Source of the DNA: Selaginella moellendorffii
Taxonomy: Eukaryota; Plantae; Lycopodiophyta
Direction: 5' to 3'
Assembly (NCBI RefSeq): GCF_000143415.4
Contig: NW_003314324.1
Location: forward strand, 1,005,379-1,069,378
DNA length: 64,000 nucleotides
Shown here: positions 52,801-64,000 of the stretch, piece by piece
How positions within the stretch are numbered: the stretch's first letter is position 1
Layout: each line of letters starts with the position of its first letter
Made by a program: the position numbers and the translations under genes
The notes under the pieces: generated by a model
What the model saw: only the letters and a program-made list of their open reading frames with translations
Told to the model about the DNA's origin: nothing
Database searches by the model: none

Positions 52801-53094
52801 GAGGCTCCAAAAAGGGACCCAAAAGGACCAACACATGACACGTGGGAGTGTCCGAGATGGACTCGAGTTGGAGTCCGAAGTGGAGTCCGAGATGGACCCG
52901 AGTTGGAGTCCGAAGTGGAGTCCGAGATGGACCCGAGTTGAAGTCCGAAGTGGAGTCCGAGATGGACCTGAGATGGAGTCCGAGATGGACCCAAGATGGA
53001 GTCCGAGATGGAGTCCGAGATGGACCCGAGATGGACCCGAGATGGAGTCCGAGATGGAGTCTGAGATGGAGTCCGAAGTCGAGACCGAGACCGG

Positions 53095-53126
<32 letters not shown>

Positions 53127-54235
53127 TCGGGACCGAGACCGAGACCGAGGCCGAGGCCGAGACCGAGCCCGAGCCCGAGTCCGAGTCCGAATCCGAGTCC
53201 GAGTCCGAGTCCGAGTCCGAGTCCGAGTCTGGAGCCTGAGAGGGTGAAAGCCCAAAGCGTTCGTCTCCCAGACCCTGGGGGGTTTGGTGAGCTCCAAAAG
53301 TATAGTAGGGGGAGGACTGCAGTGGAGCCAGTTTGGCCAGGAAAGGCCAGTTTGGCCCAGGAAGGCCAGACCCAGTGTTGGGTGATGAGCTGCCCACTGG
53401 GAAGTCCAAGACTAGAGTGAACACAGACCGACAAGCGGGGTAGCTTGGTGAAGTGTTCAAGAGCCGGCTCTAGTTCCCCCGGGAGATCGACTGGCCGATG
53501 CTCCCAGTCCAAGTGTGGGTGGCACTACCTACTTGGATACCAGGTGTGGCTCAATGGAACCTCGCTCTAAGCCCATGGCTAGAGCACCTAAAGGCGAAAG
53601 GCGGGGAGAGTACCCAGGTGGCTCGCGTAAGGCCACGGTGTTCCGAAATGTTGTCCCAAAGGCCTAGACTGTGGAAAGGAAGAGGAGCAGTCCTCTGGGG
53701 TAGTGACCAAGGACACAATCGTGTGGTGAGGAAGTCCCAGAGGACCATGGGTCTTAGTGGTCGGGCCTGTGGGCCTCGATCCAGTGGCAGTGTTGGCAAA
53801 CACGGCCAGGGGCAAAAAGGGACTTGGTAGGAATTGACAAAGGGACTTTGGGGAAGGCGACTCCCCAGGTCTGTGGGCATCCTAAGGATGCTAAGGAGTG
53901 GATCTAGGATGACCACTCGTGGACCGATGGCCCGGTCTTGGAGAGACGGGATGGTGATGCAAGTGGTATTGGACCACTAGTGCAGCAAAGGTGAATGGGC
54001 ATGGCCTTAGCGTAACGGGCCGAGATGTCAGTGGTACCTTTGGGTGTCGGTCTTGGGACCGGACACGTGGAGCACTTGGACCAGGTGCAAGTGTTGAGTG
54101 GCATGGATGCCATTCTTGGGGCTAGCAAGTCCCAAGTCCTGAATTGGACTTAAGGAAGTTGTGAGTGAGACTCCTCCAAGTGGTCGAAGGTGTGGTTAAG
54201 TGACTAAAGTAGAATGGAAAAATTAGTCGCTTACA
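46886..54235 (+). mobile_element. Young family-B non-autonomous LTR element, inserted in the 5' LTR of A
   Basis: 1618-bp LTRs at 46886-48503 and 52618-54235 with only about 3 substitutions seen plus a repeat-unit shift. TSD CTTAG. PBS ATTTGGTATCGGAGC. PPT TGGGTGGTGGAGT. 4.1-kb interior with no gag or pol ORF. Confidence 0.96.
47118..47498 (+). repeat. CpG-rich hexamer-based arrays (GAGTCC, GAGACC, GAGATG) in LTR U3; also at 52850-53230, 34960-35235, 40960-41235, 54240-54490 and 54674-54875
   Basis: Directly visible tandem 6- and 12-bp units in every A and B LTR that is fully sequenced. Confidence 0.95.
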
Positions 54236-55554
54236 CTTAGTCTCAGAATCGATCTTGGACTCGATCTCGGACCCGACTTCAGACTCGGTCTCGGACTCGA
54301 TCTTGGACTCGATCTCAGACCCGATCTCGGACTCGACTTCGGACTCGACCTCAGACTCGGTCTCGGACCCGATTTGGATCTTGGACTCCGCCTCGAACTC
54401 GGTCTCCAATTCGGCCTCGGCTCGATCCCGGACTCTATCTTGAACTCGGTCTCAGAGTCGGTCTTGGACTCGATCTTTGACTCGGTCCCATCCGATGAAC
54501 TCTTTGTCATTTTGATCAAGCTTTCGGGGATCCTTTAGCCTACGACATTTCGGGGAGTCGGTTCCTTACATCTCCCTACTATACTTTTGGAACCCCTTGC
54601 AGCGCCGCCCCCCCCCCCCCCCCCCCCAGGGGACGATCGCCTTGGGCTTTCACCCAACAGCCTGTATTAGTATTCGGACTCGGACTCGGACTCGAACTCG
54701 GACTTGGACTCGATCTCAGTCCCGATTTCAGACTTGGACTCGGTCTCGGTCCCGGTTTCAAATTGGGACTCGGTCTCGGTCTCGGTCTCAGTTTCATCTC
54801 GGCCTCCATCTCGGACTCCATCTTGTGTCCATCTCATACTCCATCTCGGGTCCATCTTGGACTCCATATCAGACTCTCTCTCAAGTCCCTTTTCTAGAGA
54901 CTCACTTATTGCTTGCTTTGTGCTTATTTCTCGAGCACTTCGTTGGGAGTTCCACTCCCACTCTTGACCTCTCAAGTCGAAGCTTTTAGTCCAAACGTGT
55001 TACACTCATTTGGCTTTCACTTCAGCTATTACCACGTGGCACCCTTTCGGCTCCACTTTGAGGCCTAGGGATTTTGTGTCTCACAGCATTGCATCAAAGG
55101 CAGATCTAGATTGGGCATGCCTGGCAATGATCAAGTGTCATAATGCTTGGGTATTCTCCAGTGGGGGACTATCACTGGCTGAATATAAAAAATCAACCCT
55201 CTAATACTAATGTTATAATCCGGCACAAAAAGAGTCACCCTAGACTATGCTACACCACCTCTTGAGGTTCAAGTTCAACAAATACTCTGGTTGTATCTGT
55301 GCAAAAAACATGGGAGCATGTGGAATGAGCAATCAGTGGTTACTATGAAATTTTGAACCACAGGCAATTGCTCATCAAGACTAACTCTCAACTCTCCTAG
55401 TCTGGTTGTGGTAACTTCTTGTTTTGCTCATGTCAAATTTAGAACATAGGTCGCAGTGTGAATCCTCAAACCCAATACCTCTGACTCAATTGCAATTCCA
55501 GAGTCCATGTTCTGGAATCTCACATTAATCCTTTGAGTCATATCTAAACCTTTG

Positions 55555-55670
55555 AACACAATGAACTAGCTCTGAAGTGTTGTGTACATGGTGTGAAAAT
55601 GTGAACCATATGCACGTTTTCACACTACTCACATCGTGTACACAACACTAATGAGCTTGTTCAATGTGTT
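55555..55670. repeat. Imperfect inverted repeat (hairpin or MITE-like remnant)
   Basis: AACACAATGAACTAGCTC..AGTGTTGTGTACA..GTGTGAAAATGTG pairs with CACGTTTTCACAC..TGTACACAACACT..GAGCTTGTTCAATGTGTT. Confidence 0.7.
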
Positions 55671-56739
55671 AAAATGTTTAGATATGAAAAGGATGCCGCA
55701 AAGGATACAGAACCATCACCATGTCGCCATGTATCCATAAAACACGAGAATGTTGCACCGCTGCCACACCTGCCGCCGGTGGTAAATACGGAAAACAATC
55801 GGCAATTAAAAACATTGACTGGAAGTGGTCACATCACATCCGATTGCTTCTTATCCGATTCTGCATGGTCGACTGGGGTAGGTAAAATTAGCCGAGGGAA
55901 GTGATGCTCGCTGGGCCTGGAAGAACGAGCTGGAAGTGGCTGGCTCGGAACCATTAGAGATGTCGAAATCGCGGAGGCTTGACGTCAACAAAGAGCTTGG
56001 AGTTGCCCCTAGAGCTGGTTGCGAGAGGCGTAGAAGATCTCCAGTTGTGTACAAGTTAGACAATGGAGATCTGGAACCCTGTAATTGCTTGAAGTGGTCA
56101 GGCACATAACTCTTCAAGCCTAGCTTTCTTCAAATACCCAATTTGAATGGCTATGGTGGATGGGTGTATTTCCCATCGGTGAACACATAGCATGGGGATG
56201 GGTCCTTATGGCCAGAGAAAATTTTACCAGCGCCGTTCGCGCATTGAAATCTCACGCGGGATAACCAATGGTTGAATGCACGTGGCTTTATTACGGGCTG
56301 GCAGTGGACCTGATTTACAAATAGTACGCCATAGCTTAAGTCGACCATGAAGAATCAAATCGGATGTACTTCCGGTCAATGTTTTTAATCGCCGATTGTT
56401 TTACTGGAGAGTTTTGACATGATTTCTCATTTCCCACCCACTTGCACTAATTCAAGGATGTGTTGAACTAGCACAAACGATGTTAGCAACTCACATTAGA
56501 GCTAAGCAGGTGATGGCGCGTTGGGGTGGTGCGGAGAAGCTTCTTCTTTTTCACTGTCCATCTAAAATAAATTGGAAGCCTTCCTCTTCTTCCATTTCAG
56601 CGTCTTTCTACTCTTGGTGTTCTCACTTCTTAGCGTCTTTCTCTCACGCGGCAAAGCAGCTATAGGAAATCTCCTTGTAGAGGAGGGTTTTCAACTGTGA
56701 CACAATTTACAGTTCCTCGCGATCGTCTCATTTTCAATC

Positions 56740-59700
56740 ATGGACAGCTTTTGTCTTCGGTAGAAGCAGCAGTCGTGTATCAGTTGAATACAAAGGATTT
56801 TTCTCTTCCTCTTCCCAGTATCTTGCTAATGCCTCGGGTCCTGCGACTCGCTGGAAGCCTGCTCGGTAACAACACCCCCTCCGATCAAATCGTCTATAAA
56901 GGTATTGTGGTTGTTCAGAAGCCCAGTTCACTGTGTGTCACCGATGTTGGAGCTTCCATGGTGGCTAATGCTGCAAATTTTCTTGGAATGGGTATTACTC
57001 TACAGCTCATCAGCAGCACGGCAATTGACTCGAGTCAGTACACGATCTGCTCAATAAAAATATCGCAAGAACTCACTCCCGTGTTTTTCGTTCCCCAGGT
57101 ACGAACACGGGGAAGCTCAGCAAGCCAGCGGCCTTGGAGAAGTGGCTGCTCTCTCCTGTTGTCTTGTTTGGAACGGATGAAGTCAAATATTCCGTCAAAT
57201 TCACGGTGGATCCCGACTTTGGCTTGCCTGGCGCATTCAGCATAAACAATGGCCATCTGAACGAGTTCTTCCTCGTCTCCCTCACGGTTGAGCTACCAGG
57301 CGGTGGTAAACACGTTGAATTCCCTTGCCATTCCTGGGTGTTCAACTCCAGAGCATACAAGACCAAACGCATCTTCTTTAGCAACGAGGTAACATCTACA
57401 ATACTAATACTCACTGGCTTCTTTGCTTTTAGTTTTATCTTCCAGCAGACACACCGAAAGGCCTAATCACTGCCCGATACAACGACCTGATAGCTTTGCG
57501 AGGTAATGGAAGCGGTACTAGAAAAGCCTGTGACCGCATTTACGACTACGACGTCTATAATGACTTGGGCAATCCCCTCCTGAATGCTGCAAAGAGACCT
57601 GTGATGGGAGGATCAAAAGAATATCCTTATCCACGAAGATGCAGAACTGGCAGAACCATTTTCATTGGAGGTATATGGTAACTCATCACCTCTTTGCATT
57701 TGAATAGCAACAGTCATATGGTATAAACAGTTGTTTTTGCTTGATTTCGCGTAAAAACATAGTCATGCTGAATGCATAGCATATAACCAAGAGTATGAAA
57801 AAAATCTCTCATTTTGATTTGATTTGTTTATTTTTTCAGTTGAAACGTCTGGCCTAAATTTACTGGCTGACTATTATATACCAAGTGATGAGAGGTTCAG
57901 CTCAGTCAAGGCGACTTCTTTCTTGGCCGATGGTCTCAAATCACTAACTCATGGCGTGCTTCCAATTCTAAAAACTGTGACTGGTTTTAAGCAGACCTTC
58001 GGCTCCTTTAAGGAGGTAAAAGATTTGTATGACCAGGGATTAGATCTGTCAAAAATAGTCACTGCTCCAATCAATGGCATCAAAACCCCATTTCAGCTCT
58101 TCAACCAGCTTAATGCCGACACTGGAAACACAAGCTTCATGAAGTTTCCGGTTCCACAAGTTTTCAAAGGTATCTGGTTACTCTTTTGACTCTCGAAATG
58201 TAAGACATTAAAATGCAGCTGATGAGAAAGGGTGGATGTTGGACTCTGAATTTGCTAGGGAAATGCTTAGTGGATTGAATCCCATGGTCATAGAAGCTCT
58301 GACAGTAAGTTATAAATTTTATGTAGGACTTACCTCTTGATGAATTAACTTCCTCCGTCCAAGGAATTCCCACCAATGAGCACACTGGACTCTGCTAAAT
58401 ACGGACCACAGAAGTCAGCTATTACCGAAAAACATATAGTGAATCTCCTGGAGGGACTGACTGTTCAAAAGGTACGCAACTCCATAACCTGTAAAACTAA
58501 TCTTTAAATGTCATGCAGGCATTGGATAAAAAAAAGCTGTTCATCGTCAACTATCACGACTCTTATATGCCATACCTCGACAAAATCAACTCAAGGCAAA
58601 AAATCTATGCTTATGCTTCCAGAACACTGCTATACTTGAAATCCGACGGAACTCTCCAGCCAGTAGCCATTGAGCTAAACACACCATACTCCCAAAGGGT
58701 GTTTGTTCCACCAGCAGCTGGACAGATCGACTGGCTCTGGGAGCTTGCAAAAGCACATGCTGCAGCAAACGACGCAGGATATCATCAGCTTGTAAGCCAC
58801 TGGTAAGAAAAATCTCACATACCTCCAATTGAGATGCTCGCTGGCTTGCTGTACAGGTTGAGAACTCACGCATGTGTGGAACCATTCATCATTGCGACCA
58901 ACCGGCAGCTGAGTAAACTCCATCCCCTGAACACATTCCTGCAACCACATTTCAAGAACACAATGGCGATTAACGCCAAAGCCCGTAAGTCACTCATCAA
59001 TGCGAAAGGCATCATTGAGAGAACATTCTCATTGAGACGCTACTCAGTCGAAATGAGTTCCTTGGCGTACAAAGGCTGGAGATTTGACCAAGAAGGCTTA
59101 CCAGCAGACCTCCTTAAAAGGTAAGAAATAGTTAAATGCGACACAGATGACAAAGCCCTTGCTGTTCCAGGGGCATGGCTGTGCCTGATGCAACATCTAA
59201 AGGTGGAGTCAAGCTAATCGTTGAGGACTATCCATATGCAGTCGACGGACTGGAAATCTGGACGGCGATTGAGAAGTGGGTCACAGACTACCTCGAAATT
59301 TACTACAAGAACGATGCATCAGTGACGAGCGATCCAGAACTTCAAGCATGGTGGAGCGAGCTCATCAACAAGGGACATGCTGATAAGAAGGATGAGAAAT
59401 GGTGGATCAAACTGGACAGCAAGAAGAGTCTGACATCAGTACTCACCACACTGATCTGGATCGCATCTGCTCACCATGCAGCAGTCAACTTTGGGCAATA
59501 CGCATATGCCGGCTACATGCCCAACCGTCCCACAACGACACACCGACCCATCCCGGAGAAAGATTCTGACGAACACAAGAAGCTGCTCGCGGATCCCGAA
59601 AGGTTCTTCCTGTCATGCGTGTCGAGCAAGATGGAAGCGATCTTATGCTTGCTCACAGTCGAGATTCTATCCAGCCACGCCGCGGAAGAAGAGTATCTCG

Positions 59701-59924
59701 GGCAGCGTGCCGTGGAGAACTGGACCGCGAACGCCAATGTGAAGGCCGCATTTGTGGCATTCGGCGAAGAGCTGAGGAAGGTGGAGCGATCAATCATCAA
59801 CAGGAACAATGATCCAGCACTGAAGAACAGAGTCGGAGCTGTGAACGTGCCCTACACGCTCCTGTATCCTTCCTCTGCGAACGGAATTACAGGCAAGGGA
59901 ATACCCAACAGCATCTCTATTTGA
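56740..59924 (+). CDS. LOX: Lipoxygenase, multi-exon (alternative start ATG at 56829)
   Basis: PLAT domain [56 protein letters not shown]. Iron ligands in HQLVSHWLRTHA and [10 protein letters not shown]-terminus GIPNSISI. The GT-AG junctions checked join in frame. Confidence 0.96.
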
Positions 59925-60559
59925 AGAACCGTATACCCTTCTTCCTTTAATTTCTTGAGCAGTTCCTTTCATCTTCATGCTCTAAGGTACCCCATATGGA
60001 TATTACAACAGGTACAACAAACATCACACAAATTGGCTTGTCTAGTTCTAGTATATTACTTTTGATTCATATCCAAGTATGTTGGTTGTGATTTTAGGGT
60101 TTCATGGCAAGTCCGCCTCTGATCTAGCTGCTAAATATTAGAGAAAATGCCGTCCACATTGAGTTAGAAAGCTAAAGTGGAAAAGAAAAATTTCACCTTT
60201 TCTAGATATAGATGAAGCATATGCAACAACAATCCCCCACAGCACTGTCTTCCACAACTTTGTGGTGGCAAGCATCCTCCTCAGGCAGGCTCCACCGTGA
60301 ACAACCATGTGGAGGTGGAGATTGTTAGTCCTAGGTGGCTGCCATTTGGTATTGACCCTTCCTGAACACCACCAATGTGACAATTTAATTTAAAAGTTTG
60401 GGCTTAGAATTTTTTTAGCATTAATCTAAATGGTAAAGTTATAGTGGACAAGGAAAGTACTATACCCTTTAAATGTTTTATATTATCATGAGTTTTTGAG
60501 CTAAACAAATAGTAATATTATAGATTGTGTCTATTAAATAATACAAGAAAACTATTATA

Positions 60560-60890
60560 TTTAACCTTTGAGTGCTCAAGATAGATTGAGGTTTAAACCC
60601 TACTTATACAAGAATGGATGGGCTAAATTCAGTCTACTATAGTACTATAATTAACATATTACCTAAGTAAGGTTTTATATATATATATATAGAGAGAAAA
60701 TGAATGTGCACTATAGATGTTGATCCCACCTCAATTGTACCAGTTCAAGATTCTAGTGGCTGTGTTAGTTATGGGAGTTATGAACATGGGTGTGGACAAG
60801 GTTATAAGGGTGGTTGTAGCCCACAATGTTACAACTGTGACATATTGCAGTGGAATATGGGAATCTGTTGTAACAATAGTGATGCTTAAA
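60560..60890. mobile_element. Decayed Gypsy LTR and gag fragments
   Basis: 60570-60690 is reverse-complementary to the LTR-like sequence at 29150-29300. A Gly-rich, CYNC gag-knuckle-like remnant follows. Confidence 0.45.
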
Positions 60891-62329
60891 TACTTCCTGT
60901 TAATCAATTAAAAAACTAATGGATGTGTTCAAAGTTTCATCTTGTCCTCCTTTGACATGCACAAATAATAGGAGGTGTCCTATCATTTCTCAACTGGAAT
61001 ATATGGAGCTTTTACTAGGCAATTATAAATTACAACAAGAATCTAAAGTTCCCATAGAACTATCAATGTAATTATTAATAACCATGATAGAAACAAAACT
61101 TAAAGCCATGGCATAAACATTAATCTACTATAAAATCCTAATAAATTAGATGTAATTTCATTGTAATTGCCAAATGCTCAAACTAATTTTGAAGCTATAA
61201 TTTTGAACTAAAGCAAAAGATTTCAAAAACCACTACAATCCACAAAATATGATTTTAGCAAACAATATATCTTTATCTCTAACTTTGCCCATCATTAATA
61301 CAAATTTATAGCCATCAGTTAATGTCAAATTTCTTTTAGGCTTTTGGCTGATATGGGTTAGGGCTGGTGATGGAGATATCCTTTTTTGAAGCTTCCTGGG
61401 CAGAGTCTCTTGAGAGCGAGATCTGTTTGCAAGGCTTGGAAAGAAGTAATTGATTCTCCATGGTCATGCCACTTGGTTCTGGGTACAAGGTATTGTCTCC
61501 TATCAACCACTTGATGGCATACTCCCCACCAAAGATCAATTGCCCATTGTTTCCGCCATCGCGCCCTGCCATCCATGCCATTGCAATGCCAATGGAGCTG
61601 AGTGGAGGTGAGCGCTCAAGAAAAGAAGAGAGCCTAGCAATGTGAGCGAGAGATATATATAGTATAGAGATGGTCTCATTGTGGAGTACGTTTTCTTTTC
61701 CTTGCCGATGTGGCAGATGTCTGCCAGGTGGGAAGCTGCGATTTGCTACTTGGGGCGAGGAGGGTATATATAGTATACATTGTGCCACATGGCAGGAGTA
61801 CCGTTGGTCGTGTAGAGCACATTTAGGTTAAAAGGAGATTGCCAATGTGGCAGATACTTTTAGGTTAACAGGAGCTTGCTGATTGTGGAGGTGGGACTGT
61901 TAACTTGATTCAACCGTTGGCAGCTGTCGGATCGAGTCAGGTTCTCTGCAAGAACATGGTTGACAATTGCCAGGTTCTCCAGAACCGCCAGGTTCTAGAG
62001 AACCTCCTCATCCTCCAATAACATTATTCCATATGTCTGTTAACAGTCTCGCCACAGCCCGTTAAGGCTGTTCTTGGGCACGGGCTCGCTCGTTCCTGCT
62101 CGGTAGGAACGTGCTCACCCTACCCAGGAACTGCCTCATTCTTTCTTTCAGACGTTTACTTCTTCATGCTTTTCAACGCCGCCCAGCAACTTTTGGTTCG
62201 ATCTGACAGTTGAAATCCGCAGATATGATCCGACAAAACGTGTTGCTGTCTGATCATACTGGCGTGCTCAGCCAGTATGATCAGAGCTGGAAACTATCAC
62301 AACTTAAAAGCAGTGTTACGCCACAGACT

Positions 62330-64000
62330 TTCACCTGAAGAAGACGGTTTCTTCCTCGCAGCGTACTAACCACGCTCCACTGCTTCCCTTGCTTCCTGAA
62401 AACGAGTACAGTGGGACTTAGGAAAATAAGGAGAGAGAGGAGCTCCGGCAACAAGTTCCATTACATGCCTTGTGACTGCTAGGCTCTCATAAACAACAGT
62501 TGAGCTACCGTGAGACACACATACCTGTGGTTGCTTTCATTATAGTAGCTCGATGCACATCTTTACCAGAGTATCCTGTCCAAAAAAGAAGGACAAGGAG
62601 ATGAACAAAGTCGCTCAGCTCAGACTCTGCGGTCATCGTTCCCCGTAGCGTTTTCATGCTATCCTGCCTGCAAAGCCGCCCCCATCCTTGAGAATCCCGG
62701 ACAGCAGCTTCCTGCCAAGCGAAAGAAAATGTTTGACGAATACCTGACGCTCTGCCAGCAGCTGGTCCTGCAAATCCTCCTCCACACGGAGCCGCGCCAG
62801 CGTGCGTGCGCAAGTCGTGAAGAAGTTACTGCACAGACCACAAACTGTCCTGCGCGACTCGCTCGGACCGCTCGACTCCTGTATCCAGGTCAAGCCGTGC
62901 TCGTTAGTAAGCTCGCTACTCGCTTGAGATGTGTATCGCTAACACCGCCCCGTGGACATCGTTGAGGGAATTGAGCTGGGGCAAAACTTCTGGCAGCAGA
63001 TGACACGAGCAGGACATCGTAAGAGAAGCAAGCCGATCATCACTTGAATGCTCTTACCATGTAGGCTGTGAGGTGACGTTCGTGCCAGAGGAGACTACAT
63101 GATCAAACCATCAGAGCAAGTTCCCCCCAAACTTCTCCAAATCAAGTCACCTGAATCCGGTAACATTCTACATTTGCCAACACCTGGAATCTTCATGATG
63201 AAAACGCGATAGCCACCGATTTACCGTGACAGCGAGCCTGGAGCCGAGAAGCATGAATCCCTGGAGGGACAAGTAGAGGCGGTGCTGCAGCTCCCGGACC
63301 TATCGCTTGCTGCTGCTGCTGCTGCTGCTGCTCTCGCCGCCAGCACGATTAGGCATCTGGAGACGAAGATCTCCAGAGACCAGGGAAGAAGTGGCATATT
63401 GTTTTGCAGCCGCCCAAATGCGAACACCAAGCAAGAATGTATGCTCGCAAACCTCCTTCTACACGTCTCAGCTATGGGGCTCTCACGAGCTTGTCATGTG
63501 ATTACGAAAAGCTTTTGGCGTTGACTTACAAGCAGAAAACACAATCGTTCCCGTCATGCTATAAATGAATAATCACCTATTTTATAGAGGATCATATTAT
63601 TTGCACAAGATAGTACTGCCCTCCAAGTTATCAATTTCAGAACTGAACAAACAAAGCGATAAGAAGCAACATTCCAGACTGGCAACAACATCAATGATAC
63701 TTCAGGGAGAATCAACTCACTCTGTCTCGTTTTTACCTGTTGAGGTTGCATTTCCTGCAAGATCATCATAGGGTTATCACTTTGTTCATTGTGCCCAATG
63801 TCTTAGTGGCTCCTTTCATTGCACCAGCAACAGAAAGGAAGGGAGCCAAAGAAAAATCTCTGTCGCACTTGAGCTCGACTGCCCTGGAACTTTTGAATGT
63901 GCTGCCACAATCTGATCAAATGCTGTCCGAAGTTCGTCGTTGCGCTGAAACTCGATTCCTGAAAAACAAAAAACAATTTTTCTGAGCACTGCCTTCTTTG
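62330..64000 (-). other. 3' part of an unidentified multi-exon gene (possibly a pseudogene), continuing beyond the window
   Basis: Series of short exon-like blocks with GT-AG boundaries and ~50-nt introns (IEFQRNDELRTAFDQIVAAH, VRELQHRLYLSLQGFMLLG, TLARLRVEEDLQDQLLAERQ). A possible in-frame TAG near 63300. Family not recognised. Confidence 0.45.

Larger units (their letters stand above)
40164..54570 (-). mobile_element. Family-A Ty3/Gypsy chromovirus (Galadriel-like), inserted in the 5' LTR of old B
   Basis: 3' LTR at 40164-41317. 5' LTR split into 46468-46885 and 54241-54570. Met PBS ATTTGGTATCGGAGCC. PPT TGGGTGGTGGAGT. TSD TCTCT/TCTCC (the uninterrupted target reads TCTCC). Confidence 0.93.
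33947..55085 (-). mobile_element. Older family-B non-autonomous LTR element (LARD-like), outermost layer of the nest
   Basis: 3' LTR at 33947-35435. PPT at 35436-35447. Non-coding interior. PBS reverse complement at 39219-39233. 5' LTR split into 39234-40163 and 54571-55085. TSD GCATT at 33942-33946 and 55086-55090. Confidence 0.92.

Noticed and set aside
16101-59924. Metabolic gene cluster (ValRS, GMPS, LOX)
   Set aside because: The functions are unrelated and the genes are separated by TE blocks, with no pathway logic.

Overview
Eukaryotic land-plant nuclear DNA from a gapped scaffold. Most introns are very short (about 50-60 nt) and the LTR-retrotransposon lineages point to a lycophyte such as Selaginella (inference). 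Three apparently intact intron-containing genes sit in small islands. They are a divergent valyl-tRNA synthetase (minus strand) whose last exon runs in frame into an F-box motif, a GMP synthase (plus strand) lying head-to-head with an unannotated BET3/TRAPPC3 pseudogene, and a lipoxygenase (plus strand). A partial gene of unknown function lies at the right edge. The rest is mostly Ty3/Gypsy material: the 3' end of a Tcn1-like chromovirus, a decayed Tat element with a PR-aRH-RT-RH layout, two 5S-rRNA-carrying Cassandra TRIMs (one intact with a TSD), and a short-LTR non-chromovirus with AT-eroded relatives. There is also a 21-kb triple nest: non-coding family B contains chromovirus A, which contains a young family B copy, each with its own TSD. 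The three most interesting observations are (1) Cassandra, family B and chromovirus A share LTR termini, PBS and PPT, which suggests a helper/parasite system, (2) A and B share a covarying multi-hairpin 3'-UTR RNA element with tRNA T-arm/B-box-like loops, and (3) the ValRS-F-box fusion.
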